A stretch of DNA of 35,615 nucleotides from Vicinamibacterales bacterium (GTDB taxonomy: Bacteria; Acidobacteriota; Vicinamibacteria; Vicinamibacterales; 2-12-FULL-66-21), in contig JBOGJB010000140.1 of NCBI GenBank assembly GCA_050745085.1, positions 1-35,615 of the forward strand, written 5' to 3'. Of the stretch, positions 1 to 8,776 are shown one piece after another. Under the pieces are notes generated by a model, which worked only from the letters and a program-made list of their open reading frames with translations, did not search any database and was not told the DNA's origin. The position numbers and the translations under genes are program-made. Numbering within the stretch: position 1 is the first letter of the stretch; every line of letters starts with the position of its first letter.

Positions 1-141
1 GTGCTGACCAAGTCGCTCGGATCGGCGAATCCGCACAACGTCGTGCGGGCGACGTTTACCGGGCTGATGACGCTCAGGGATCCGGCCGCGGTCGCGCGGC
101 TGCGCGGGCGCGAGCTGGAGCCTGCCGGAGAGCGGGGCTAA
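1..141 (+). CDS. rpsE: 30S ribosomal protein S5, C-terminal fragment (5' end outside window)
   Basis: Frame 1 is open from base 1 to TAA 139-141 and reads [36 protein letters not shown], a conserved S5 C-terminus. It sits directly upstream of rpmD-rplO, as in spc operons. Confidence 0.9.
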   Translation: MLTKSLGSANPHNVVRATFTGLMTLRDPAAVARLRGRELEPAGERG

Positions 142-145
142 GCCA

Positions 146-361
146 ATGCCGGACAAGAAGGCGCAGGCCGACAAGACGGCGAAGAAAAAGACGCTCAAGA
201 TCACGCTCGTGCGGAGCACGATCGGGTTCAAGCGCAACCAGGCTGACGTCGTGCGTGGCATGGGGCTGCGGCGCCTCCATCACACGGTGGAGCTCGCCGA
301 CACGCCGGCGACGCGCGGCATGATTCACAAGGTGCGCCACCTCGTGGAAGTGGTCGAATAA
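146..361 (+). CDS. rpmD: 50S ribosomal protein L30
   Basis: 71-aa [58 protein letters not shown] is a typical L30 sequence. It starts 4 nt after the rpsE stop. Confidence 0.95.
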   Translation: MPDKKAQADKTAKKKTLKITLVRSTIGFKRNQADVVRGMGLRRLHHTVELADTPATRGMIHKVRHLVEVVE

Positions 362-362
362 C

Positions 363-815
363 ATGTCATTGAACAACTTGCGCCCGCCGCAGGGCGCGAA
401 GCACTCGAAGAAACGGGTCGGCCGCGGGCAGGGGTCGGGCAGCGGCAAAACGGCCGGCCGCGGGCACAAGGGGGCGAAGTCGCGCTCCGGGTTCAAGCAC
501 AAGCGCGGGTTCGAGGGCGGGCAGATGCCGCTCCACCGCCGCGTGCCGAAGCGCGGGTTCCACAACCCCTTCCGCGTGGAGTACGCCGTCGTCAACCTCG
601 ACGCGATCGCCGAGCGGTTCGACGCCGGTGCGGAGATCACGCCCGAGCTCTTGCGCGAGCGCGGGCTCGTCGGCGCGGCGGGCCGCGTGAAAGTCAAAGT
701 GCTGGCGCGCGGTGACATCGGCAAGGCGCTCACGGTGCGCGCCCACAAATTCAGCGGCAAGGCGGCGGAGAAGATCGCCGCGGCCGGGGGGAAGGCTGAG
801 GTACTTACGCCGTAG
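363..815 (+). CDS. rplO: 50S ribosomal protein L15
   Basis: 150-aa ORF with the Gly/Arg/Lys-rich N-terminus [20 protein letters not shown] typical of L15. It starts 1 nt after the rpmD stop. Confidence 0.95.
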   Translation: MSLNNLRPPQGAKHSKKRVGRGQGSGSGKTAGRGHKGAKSRSGFKHKRGFEGGQMPLHRRVPKRGFHNPFRVEYAVVNLDAIAERFDAGAEITPELLRERGLVGAAGRVKVKVLARGDIGKALTVRAHKFSGKAAEKIAAAGGKAEVLTP

Positions 816-978
816 TCCTTGGTCCTTGGTCCGTGGTCCTTAGTCAGGTGCACGCCGCACCGAACGAAGGACTAAGGACTAAGGACTAAGGACTGAGGAC
901 TAAGGACTAAGGACTAAGGACTAAGGACTAAGGACTAAGGACTAAGGACTAAGGACTAAGGACTAAGGACTAAGGACT
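813..978 (+). repeat. Heptamer-repeat hairpin A: left arm 813-845 (TAGTCCT/TGGTCCT, ~4.7 units), loop 846-868, right arm 869-978 (GGACTAA x15 plus a partial unit)
   Basis: Counted directly. Fifteen contiguous 7-nt units occupy 869-973, all GGACTAA except GGACTGA at 890-896, followed by a partial GGACT. The left arm is the degenerate reverse complement and begins at the rplO TAG stop. The loop contains a small GGTGC/GCACC hairpin. Confidence 0.95.
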
Positions 979-992
979 GGCAGAGTCACTGA

Positions 993-2384
<1,392 letters not shown>

Positions 2385-2385
2385 C

Positions 2386-3054
2386 TTGCCCGTCAACCTC
2401 ATCGTGCTGGGCCCTCCGGGGGCCGGCAAGGGTACGCAGGCGGAGCGTTTCGCGCGGGTCCGAGGCATCCCGAAGATCTCGACGGGGGACATCCTCCGTG
2501 AGGCGGTCTCCGCCGGGACCGAGCTGGGGTGCATCGCGAAGGCGACGATGGACGCCGGCAAGCTGGTCGGCGACGACCTGATGATCGGCATTGTGCGCGA
2601 GCGGCTGTCGCGCCCGGACACGGCCCACGGCTTCGTGCTCGACGGCTTTCCGCGGACCGTCAGGCAGGCCGAGGTGCTCGACGGGATGATGAACGGCCGC
2701 GGACCGCTCGTCGTGCTCGACATCGTCGTGCCGCCGGAGGAGCTGGTGCGGCGCCTGGCGCAGCGCCGCGTCTGCAGCAACTGCGGCTGGACGACGGCCG
2801 CTGACGGCGAGACCGTCTGCTCGAAGTGCGGTGGCGCGATCGTCCAGCGGAGCGACGACAGCACCGAGGTCGTGCGCAAGCGGCTGCAGGTGTACGAGCG
2901 CGACACGAAGCCGCTCGTCGAGTACTACCGATCGCGGGGAAAGCTGCAGGTCATCGACGGCAACCGGCCCCCGGCGGAGGTCTCGGCGGCGGTGGATTCA
3001 GCGGTCGCGCAGGCGGCGAAGCCGGAGACCGAGGCGCGGGGCCAGAGGACATGA
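2386..3054 (+). CDS. adk: Adenylate kinase (zinc-lid type)
   Basis: 222-aa ORF with a TTG start 1 nt after the secY stop. It has the P-loop GPPGAGKGTQ and a Cys4 lid, CSNCG...CSKCGG. Confidence 0.95.
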   Translation: MPVNLIVLGPPGAGKGTQAERFARVRGIPKISTGDILREAVSAGTELGCIAKATMDAGKLVGDDLMIGIVRERLSRPDTAHGFVLDGFPRTVRQAEVLDGMMNGRGPLVVLDIVVPPEELVRRLAQRRVCSNCGWTTAADGETVCSKCGGAIVQRSDDSTEVVRKRLQVYERDTKPLVEYYRSRGKLQVIDGNRPPAEVSAAVDSAVAQAAKPETEARGQRT

Positions 3055-3854
3055 TCGTCTGCAAGTCGCCGGCGGAGCTGCGGCGGATGCGGGCGGCGAA
3101 CCAGGTCGTGGCGGAGATCCTCGCCGAGCTGGCCGCGATGACCGCCCCCGGCGTGACGACCGCCGACCTGGATCAGTTCGCCGAGGCGCGGGTGCGCGCC
3201 GCGGGGGCGGCGCCCGCGTTCAAGGGCTACCGCGGGTACCCGGCGACGCTGTGCGCGTCGGTGAACGACGAGGTGGTGCACGGCATCCCTTCGAAGCGGA
3301 AGCTGAACGAGGGAGACATCCTGTCACTCGACATGGGGGTGCTCCTCGACGGGTTTTACGGCGACTCGGCGGTGACGGTCGGCGTCGGGGGCATCTCCGC
3401 CGACGCGGGCGAGCTCCTGCGGGTCACCGAGGAGGCGCTGCACAAGGCGATCGATCGGGTGCAGGTCGGCGGGCGTCTTTCGGACATCGGGAACGCCATC
3501 CAGCGCTGGGTCGAGGCGCACGGGTTCTCGGTCGTGCGCGAGTTCGTCGGGCACGGGATCGGCGCGTCGCTCCATGAGGAGCCGCAGATCCCGAACTACG
3601 GCGAGCCGGGACGCGGCCCACGGCTGGTCGAGGGCATGGTGCTCGCGATCGAACCGATGGTGAATGCAGGCCGTCCGGCGGTGAAGATTCTGTCGGACGG
3701 ATGGACCGCGGTGACGCGCGACGGCAGCCTCTCGGCGCACTTCGAGCACACGGTGGCGGTCACCTCCGACGGACCGCTAGTGCTCACGGTGCCGAACAGC
3801 GCCGAGCCGCCCGCCCGCCGCGCCCCGGGGGCGCGCCCGGAGGCGAGGCCGTAG
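3051..3854 (+). CDS. map: Type I methionine aminopeptidase
   Basis: The internal ATG at 3051 overlaps the adk stop (ATGA). The sequence begins MIVCKSPAELRRMRAANQVV and has MetAP metal-ligand contexts (LDGFYGDSA, VGHGIG, LAIEP, HFEHTV). The upstream part of the 342-aa track ORF is Arg/Gly-rich, overlaps adk and is rejected. Confidence 0.92.
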   Translation: MIVCKSPAELRRMRAANQVVAEILAELAAMTAPGVTTADLDQFAEARVRAAGAAPAFKGYRGYPATLCASVNDEVVHGIPSKRKLNEGDILSLDMGVLLDGFYGDSAVTVGVGGISADAGELLRVTEEALHKAIDRVQVGGRLSDIGNAIQRWVEAHGFSVVREFVGHGIGASLHEEPQIPNYGEPGRGPRLVEGMVLAIEPMVNAGRPAVKILSDGWTAVTRDGSLSAHFEHTVAVTSDGPLVLTVPNSAEPPARRAPGARPEARP

Positions 3855-3863
3855 GGCGCCCGG

Positions 3864-4103
3864 GTGGACGACGACGTCAGGCCGGGCCGCTCGCGAGACC
3901 AGCAATCGACGGGTGTGGTGCGAGAAGTCCTGCCGCACGCGCTGTATCGCGTCGAGCTGGGCAACGGGCACGTCGTCGTGGCACACGCGGCAAGCGGCCG
4001 CGGTCGCAACTTCGTTCGGATTCTCGTCGGCGACTCGGTCTGCGTGGAGTTGTCGCCGGTGGATTTGAACAGAGGACGGATTACGAGGCGGGTAAACAGC
4101 TAA
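3864..4103 (+). CDS. infA: Translation initiation factor IF-1
   Basis: 79-aa [26 protein letters not shown]...[27 protein letters not shown] matches the IF-1 S1 fold. It has a GTG start; the exact start is uncertain. Confidence 0.88.
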   Translation: MDDDVRPGRSRDQQSTGVVREVLPHALYRVELGNGHVVVAHAASGRGRNFVRILVGDSVCVELSPVDLNRGRITRRVNS

Positions 4104-4208
4104 TGCCGAATGCCGAATGCCAAATGCCGAACGCGTCGCGCTTGCGACGGCGGAACGACCGTTGCGAGCGCAGTCGACTTCGGCCTTCGGCATTGGGCAT
4201 TCGGCATT
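4102..4208 (+). repeat. Heptamer-repeat hairpin B (AATGCCG family): left arm 4102-4136, structured core 4137-4174, right arm 4175-4208 (CGGCATT units)
   Basis: The left arm reads AATGCCG AATGCCG AATGCCA AATGCCG AACGCGT, starting inside the infA TAA. The right arm reads CGGCCTT CGGCATT GGGCATT CGGCATT. An inner 13-bp stem (4138-4150 with 4159-4171) contains two G-U pairs. Confidence 0.93.
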
Positions 4209-4224
4209 GATAGGGGACGAGAGC

Positions 4225-4338
4225 GTGAAGGTCAGGGCATCGGTGAGGCGCATCTGCGCGAAGTGCAAGGTCGTCCGACGCCGCGGCGTGGTCCGGGTGA
4301 TCTGTACGAATCAGAAACACAAGCAGAGACAGGGTTGA
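4225..4338 (+). CDS. rpmJ: 50S ribosomal protein L36
   Basis: GTG at 4225 is preceded by [42 protein letters not shown] is full-length L36 with its Cys/His zinc knuckle. The 73-aa track ORF simply starts at an ATG inside repeat B. Confidence 0.9.
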   Translation: MKVRASVRRICAKCKVVRRRGVVRVICTNQKHKQRQG

Positions 4339-4342
4339 TCCA

Positions 4343-4380
4343 TTCGGGATTGTGGATTGCGGATGTGGATTCGCGGGATG
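4343..4380 (+). repeat. Degenerate heptamer tract (GGATTGT GGATTGC GGATGT GGATTCGCG GGATG) in the rpmJ-rpsM spacer
   Basis: GGAT recurs at 4347, 4354, 4361, 4367 and 4376 (spacings 7, 7, 6, 9). No inverted partner is present. Confidence 0.5.
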
Positions 4381-4408
4381 AGCCCCCAGTCCCTCCAGAG
4401 GAACAGAG

Positions 4409-4783
4409 ATGGCACGTATAGCAGGCGTTGATCTTCCGCGGACCAAGCGGGTCGAGATCGGGCTCACCTACATCTACGGCATCGGGCGGAAGCGCTCGAA
4501 CGACATCCTGTCGGCCGCCGGCGTCAGCCCGGACGTCCGGGTCAAGGACCTGTCGGAAGAGGACGTCCGGAAGATCAGCCGCGTGATCGAGGAGGAAGGG
4601 CGCGTCGAGGGCGACCTCCGCAAGGAAGTCTCGCTCCACATCAAGCGGCTGATGGAGATCGGCAGCTATCGGGGCGGCCGTCACCGGCGCAACCTGCCAG
4701 TCCGCGGCCAGCGCACGCGCACGAACGCGCGCACGCGGAAGGGCCCGCGCAAGGGCGCGATCACGAAGAAGAAGGTAATTTAG
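4409..4783 (+). CDS. rpsM: 30S ribosomal protein S13
   Basis: 124-aa ORF beginning [27 protein letters not shown], with GAGGAA upstream of the ATG. Confidence 0.96.
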   Translation: MARIAGVDLPRTKRVEIGLTYIYGIGRKRSNDILSAAGVSPDVRVKDLSEEDVRKISRVIEEEGRVEGDLRKEVSLHIKRLMEIGSYRGGRHRRNLPVRGQRTRTNARTRKGPRKGAITKKKVI

Positions 4784-4811
4784 CAGTGACTGCTGATGGT
4801 GGATTGCTGAT
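4784..4811 (+). repeat. Short heptamer tract CAGTGAC TGCTGAT GGTGGAT TGCTGAT in the rpsM-rpsK spacer
   Basis: TGCTGAT occurs at 4791-4797 and 4805-4811, exactly 14 nt apart. The intervening unit shares the NNNTGAN pattern. Confidence 0.45.
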
Positions 4812-4813
4812 TT

Positions 4814-5263
4814 ATGGCCAAGACTGAACCGAAGGCGGAGCAGCCAGAGGGCGCGACGCCCGAAGGCGGAAAAAAACCGAAGAAGAAGACGTTCAAGAAA
4901 CGCGGCGAGAAGCGCATCGTCCACCACGGGGTGGCGAACGTCCGCGCGTCGTTCAACAACACGACGATCACGATTACCGACCCTGAGGGGCACGTGATCG
5001 CCTGGTCGAGCGCCGGCGCGGTCGGCTTCAAGGGGTCGCGCAAGGGGACGCCGTTCGCGGCGACGCAGGCGGCGATGAACGCCGGCAACGCCGCGAAGAC
5101 GTACGGCATGCGCACGCTCGAGGTGCGGGTGAAGGGGCCGGGCGCGGGCCGCGAGTCAGCGATCCGCGCGCTGCAGACCGTCGGGCTCGACGTCAAGTCG
5201 ATCCGCGACGTCACGCCGATCCCGCACAACGGGTGCCGGCCGCCGAAGCGACGAAGGGTTTGA
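4814..5263 (+). CDS. rpsK: 30S ribosomal protein S11 (with ~20-aa Lys/Pro/Glu-rich N-terminal extension)
   Basis: 149-aa [35 protein letters not shown]...[13 protein letters not shown] is typical S11. Confidence 0.95.
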   Translation: MAKTEPKAEQPEGATPEGGKKPKKKTFKKRGEKRIVHHGVANVRASFNNTTITITDPEGHVIAWSSAGAVGFKGSRKGTPFAATQAAMNAGNAAKTYGMRTLEVRVKGPGAGRESAIRALQTVGLDVKSIRDVTPIPHNGCRPPKRRRV

Positions 5264-5299
5264 CGATGACTGTGATGGTGATAGAGGTAGAGATACAGA

Positions 5300-5929
5300 A
5301 TGGCTAGGTATATCGGTCCCGTGTGTCGCCTGTGCCGCCGCGAAGGCATGAAGCTCTTCCTGAAGGGGGAGCGCTGCTACACCGAGAAGTGCGCGATCGA
5401 GAAGCGCAACATCCCGCCGGGGCAGCACGGTAAGATGCGCAAGGCGAAGCTCCTCGGCTACGGCCTGCAGCTCCGCGAGAAACAGAAGGTCAAGCGCATC
5501 TACGGCGTGCTCGAGAACCAGTTCCGCCGCTACTTCGAGGAGGCGGAACGGCAGCGCGGCATCACCGGTGAAACGCTGCTCCAGATGCTGGAGCGCCGGC
5601 TCGACAACGTGATCTACCGCCTCGGACTTGCGACCTCGCGGCCGCAGGCGCGGCAGCTCGTGCGCCACGGCCACTTCATGGTCAACGGCAAGAAGGTGGA
5701 CGTGCCGTCCTTCTCCGTCCGCGCCGGGGACGTCGTGACCGTGCGGGGGACGAGCGCCGAGAACACGGCGATCCAGCACGCGATGGAAGAGGTCAAGGGA
5801 CGCGGCATCCCCCAATGGCTCGAGTTCGACGCCGCGAAGCTGAGTGGGCGCATCGCATCGCTCCCCACGCGCGAGCAGATCAACCTGCCCGTGCAGGAGC
5901 AACTGATAGTGGAGCTGTACTCGAAATAG
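5300..5929 (+). CDS. rpsD: 30S ribosomal protein S4
   Basis: 209-aa ORF beginning [31 protein letters not shown] (zinc-ribbon S4 N-terminus), followed by an S4 RNA-binding domain. Confidence 0.96.
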   Translation: MARYIGPVCRLCRREGMKLFLKGERCYTEKCAIEKRNIPPGQHGKMRKAKLLGYGLQLREKQKVKRIYGVLENQFRRYFEEAERQRGITGETLLQMLERRLDNVIYRLGLATSRPQARQLVRHGHFMVNGKKVDVPSFSVRAGDVVTVRGTSAENTAIQHAMEEVKGRGIPQWLEFDAAKLSGRIASLPTREQINLPVQEQLIVELYSK

Positions 5930-5932
5930 AGA

Positions 5933-6033
5933 AATGCCGAATGCCGAACGCCGAAAGGGTCTGCACTCGCGACCGTCGGCGACTGTCGACGAGCGTAGAC
6001 GTTTTCGGCATTCGGTATTCGGCATTCGGCATT
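5933..6033 (+). repeat. Heptamer-repeat hairpin C (AATGCCG family): left arm 5933-5960, core, right arm 6006-6033
   Basis: The left arm reads AATGCCG AATGCCG AACGCCG AAAGGGT. The right arm reads CGGCATT CGGTATT CGGCATT CGGCATT. The core shares GCGAC...GTCGAC strings with the core of element B. The element starts 4 nt after the rpsD TAG. Confidence 0.92.
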
Positions 6034-6063
6034 GACGGAAGACAAACGAAAGGAATCACACCC

Positions 6064-7044
6064 ATGCTGTGGAAAGGTTTCCAGCGGCCGAAGCGGCTGG
6101 AGTTCGAGCGTGAGACGCTTACCGACAGGTTCGGCCGGTTCTACGCGCAGCCGTTTGAGCGCGGGTTCGGAACGACGATCGGGAACGCCCTGCGCCGCGT
6201 GCTGCTGTCCTCGGTCGAGGGAGCGGCGGTCACAGCGGTCAAGATCGAGGGGGTCCTCCACGAGTTCTCCCCGATCCCAGGCGTCGTCGAGGACGCGACC
6301 GACATCATCCTCAACCTGAAGCAGATCCCGCTGAAAATGCACGGCGATCACACGAAGACGCTGTACCTCAAAGCGGAGAAGCCGGGCGTCGTGCGCGCGC
6401 GGGACATCGAGACCGACGCCGACGTCGAGATCCTCGAGCCGGACGCGCACATCGCGACCGTGTCAGAGCACGGCAAGCTGCAGATGGAGATGCGCGTCAA
6501 GCGCGGGCGCGGCTACGTCGCAGCCGACAAGAACTTCGACGAGGACCTCGGCATCGGCTGGATTCCGATCGACTCGGTGCACTCGCCGATCAAGAAGGTC
6601 AACTACCTCGTCGAGGCGGCGCGCCTCGGACAGACCACCGACTACGACAAGCTGACCGTGGACGTCTGGACCAACGGCGCCGTGACGCCGCGTGACGCCG
6701 TGTCGCTCGCGGCCAAGCTGATCCGCGATCACCTGACGATCTTCGTCAACCTCGAGGAAGCGCTCGAGTCGGCGCCGGAGGCGGCCTCCGACACGCCCCG
6801 CGCGGCGCTCAACGAGAACCTCGACAAGAGCGTCGAAGAGCTGGAGCTTTCCGTCCGGTCCTACAACTGCCTCAAGAACGCGAACATCCGGACGATCCGC
6901 GAGCTGGTGCAGAAGACCGAAGGGGAGATGCTCAAGACGAAGAACTTCGGCCGCAAGTCACTGAACGAGATTAAGGAGATCCTGTCGACCATGGGTCTCA
7001 GCCTCGGGATGAGATTGGATCAACCGACTCACGCTCAGGAGTAA
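6064..7044 (+). CDS. rpoA: DNA-directed RNA polymerase subunit alpha
   Basis: ATG at 6064 is preceded by AAAGGAA. The sequence begins [17 protein letters not shown], has an N-terminal assembly domain, and has a C-terminal domain with [23 protein letters not shown] (the HhH of the alpha-CTD). The upstream part of the 409-aa track ORF runs through repeat C and is rejected. Confidence 0.95.
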   Translation: MLWKGFQRPKRLEFERETLTDRFGRFYAQPFERGFGTTIGNALRRVLLSSVEGAAVTAVKIEGVLHEFSPIPGVVEDATDIILNLKQIPLKMHGDHTKTLYLKAEKPGVVRARDIETDADVEILEPDAHIATVSEHGKLQMEMRVKRGRGYVAADKNFDEDLGIGWIPIDSVHSPIKKVNYLVEAARLGQTTDYDKLTVDVWTNGAVTPRDAVSLAAKLIRDHLTIFVNLEEALESAPEAASDTPRAALNENLDKSVEELELSVRSYNCLKNANIRTIRELVQKTEGEMLKTKNFGRKSLNEIKEILSTMGLSLGMRLDQPTHAQE

Positions 7045-7050
7045 ACGGTA

Positions 7051-7245
7051 AGTTCTTAGTGCTTGGTTCTTAGTGCTTAGTGTGATTTCCCTCGCGACTG
7101 ACTTCGCTGTTGTGGGTCTCGTGTCTTTGCTTGTTTCTTCTGCGTGCGCTGGCGGTGAACGCGACGCGTGGACAGCGAAGATCAATCACCGAAGACGCTG
7201 GCGAGCGAGGTCAGACTAAGCACTAAGAACTAAGCACTAAGAACT
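7051..7245 (+). repeat. Heptamer-repeat hairpin D: 31-bp stem (7051-7081 with 7215-7245) enclosing a 133-nt lower-GC core
   Basis: The left arm is AGTTCTT AGTGCTT GGTTCTT AGTGCTT AGT. The right arm is ACT AAGCACT AAGAACT AAGCACT AAGAACT. I checked it base by base and found 30 Watson-Crick pairs plus one G-U (7065 with 7231). The core has internal pairings CTTCGCTGT/ACAGCGAAG and CCTCGC/GCGAGG. Confidence 0.93.
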
Positions 7246-7258
7246 GTGAGGATCGAGA

Positions 7259-7867
7259 ATGCGTCACGGACGAGCACACAGAAAGCTGGGGCGGGTCGCC
7301 GACCATCGCGTCGCGATGCTCCGGAACCAGGCGCAGGACCTCCTGCGCCACGAGCGGATCCGGACGACGGTGCCGCGCGCGAAGGAGTTGCGGCCGTTCG
7401 TCGAGCGGATCATCACGATCGCCAAGCGAAGCCTCGCGGACGGCGGGATGACCCGCGGCGTCACCGCGCGGCGGCTCGTCGCCCGCGACATCCACGACCG
7501 CGCCGTCGTCGTCAAGCTGTTCGACACGATCGCGCCGCGGTTCGCGGAGCGGCCGGGCGGTTATACGCGGCTCCTCCGCCTCGGCCATCGCCGCGGCGAC
7601 GACGCCGAGGTCGCGCAGATCGAGCTCATCGGGAGCGAGTACAACCCAAGTGCGGCGACCGGGAAGACCGCGGGCGAAGGCGCGGCCCCCGCGAAGACGA
7701 AGGGGGTCGGCGGGCGTCTGCGCGCCGCCGCCGACCGGCTACGCGGCAAGAAGGCCGAGGCGCAGGCGGCGAAGTCCGAAGGTCGGAGGGACGCGGAGCC
7801 CAAGCAGGGCAAGACGCGGGCCACGGCCAAAGGTCCCAAGAAGGCCCGGACGCGCGACGACGAGTAG
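7259..7867 (+). CDS. rplQ: 50S ribosomal protein L17 with ~77-aa Lys/Ala/Gly-rich C-terminal tail
   Basis: 202-aa ORF beginning [53 protein letters not shown] (L17), with GAGGAT upstream. Confidence 0.95.
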   Translation: MRHGRAHRKLGRVADHRVAMLRNQAQDLLRHERIRTTVPRAKELRPFVERIITIAKRSLADGGMTRGVTARRLVARDIHDRAVVVKLFDTIAPRFAERPGGYTRLLRLGHRRGDDAEVAQIELIGSEYNPSAATGKTAGEGAAPAKTKGVGGRLRAAADRLRGKKAEAQAAKSEGRRDAEPKQGKTRATAKGPKKARTRDDE

Positions 7868-7879
7868 CGCCGTCGGGCT

Positions 7880-8776
7880 CTACTCCTGCGCCTGCAGCTG
7901 GACTTCGATCACCTTGGCGTACTTGACCGGTTGCCCGTCCTTGAGCGCCGGCGTGAACGTCCAGTTCTGCGCAGCTCTCAGAAGCGCCGCGTCGTACGAC
8001 GTGTGAATCGCGCGGAGGAGCGTCACGCTCTCGACCTTGCCGGTTTCGTCGATGATGAGCCGCACGAGACCGCTGAGAACCGTCCCGCGGCGCAGGTTTC
8101 CTGGCGACCGCCAGGGCGGCAGATCCTGCACCATCGCTACCGGCACCGTGACACGCGGGTCGTCGCCGCCGTAGACGATCGGCGCCGGCGGTAGGGTCGG
8201 CACCGGGGCCGGCAGTGAAACCGTTCGAGCGGCCGCGGCGGCCGCGGCCTTTGCGCGGGCTAGCGTCAGCAGCCCATCGGCCACGAGGTGCAGGTCGTCC
8301 AATCCGTCGACGTCCTTGACCGCCGGATCCGACGTGATTCGGGCCACGCGATCGAGCTGCTCGATGGCCTGCTGGTGCTCCTGTCGTTCGAATAAGGCCT
8401 TCGCTGCCGCGAACTCCTTCCGGGCGACGCCCGGCAGCAGCTCGCGGCGTGTCTCGGCGAACAGGGTCGCAATTCTCGGCGTGACCTCGGCCTCCACTGG
8501 CACGTACAAGGGATCCCGTTCGACAATCCGTCTCACCGAGGCGCGCGCCTCGCTCTGCCGTCCAATTGCCAGCAGGCACAGGGCGCGGTACTGTTCCGCT
8601 TCGATCGCAATCGCGGTGTCGGTACCGTTCACGCTCGCCAGCACGCTGAGCGCATCTTCGTAGGACGCCGAGGCATAGAGCTCCCGGACGCTGGCCATCT
8701 GCGTCTGCCCCACCGCGGGTGACGCGATGAGGAACGTCAGGGCGATTCCCGTCACGATTCTGAGACCGCGTGTCAT
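7880..8776 (-). CDS. Secreted protein with TPR-like N-terminal region, Ala/Pro linker and TonB C-terminal-like domain
   Basis: 298-aa ORF with a signal peptide (LTFLIASPAVGQ). Its C-terminus, GLVRLIIDETGKVESVTLLRAIHTSYDAALLRAAQNWTFTPALKDGQPV, resembles the TonB_C fold. The start overlaps the upstream stop (ATGA). Confidence 0.7.
   Translation of the reverse strand: MTRGLRIVTGIALTFLIASPAVGQTQMASVRELYASASYEDALSVLASVNGTDTAIAIEAEQYRALCLLAIGRQSEARASVRRIVERDPLYVPVEAEVTPRIATLFAETRRELLPGVARKEFAAAKALFERQEHQQAIEQLDRVARITSDPAVKDVDGLDDLHLVADGLLTLARAKAAAAAAARTVSLPAPVPTLPPAPIVYGGDDPRVTVPVAMVQDLPPWRSPGNLRRGTVLSGLVRLIIDETGKVESVTLLRAIHTSYDAALLRAAQNWTFTPALKDGQPVKYAKVIEVQLQAQE

Noticed and set aside
869-978. 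Possible CRISPR array, because of many identical short repeats
   Set aside because: The units are contiguous 7-mers with no spacers, which is far below CRISPR repeat length. No cas genes are present in the window.
4102-4210. Peptide-coding potential of the AATGCCG arrays ([11 protein letters not shown]-type ORFs on both strands)
   Set aside because: Period 7 is not a multiple of 3, so the frame rotates every unit. The ORFs are by-products of the ATG inside the repeat unit.
4117-4224. N-terminally extended L36 (73-aa ORF starting at an ATG inside repeat B); similarly the extended rpoA ORF (from 5815), and the map ORF (from 2826)
   Set aside because: The extensions run through the hairpin repeats or overlap upstream genes. 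Homologues begin at the shorter starts (VKVRASV, MLWKGF, MIVCKSP), which have SD-like sequences or ATGA coupling.
7082-7219. 45-aa hydrophobic small ORF (VISLATDFAVVGLVSLLVSSACAGGERD...) lying exactly inside the loop of hairpin D
   Set aside because: It has no SD, only a GTG start inside the stem. Its codon usage is T-rich at third positions, unlike every real gene here. It is more parsimoniously non-coding structured RNA, though it is worth a glance in ribosome-profiling data.
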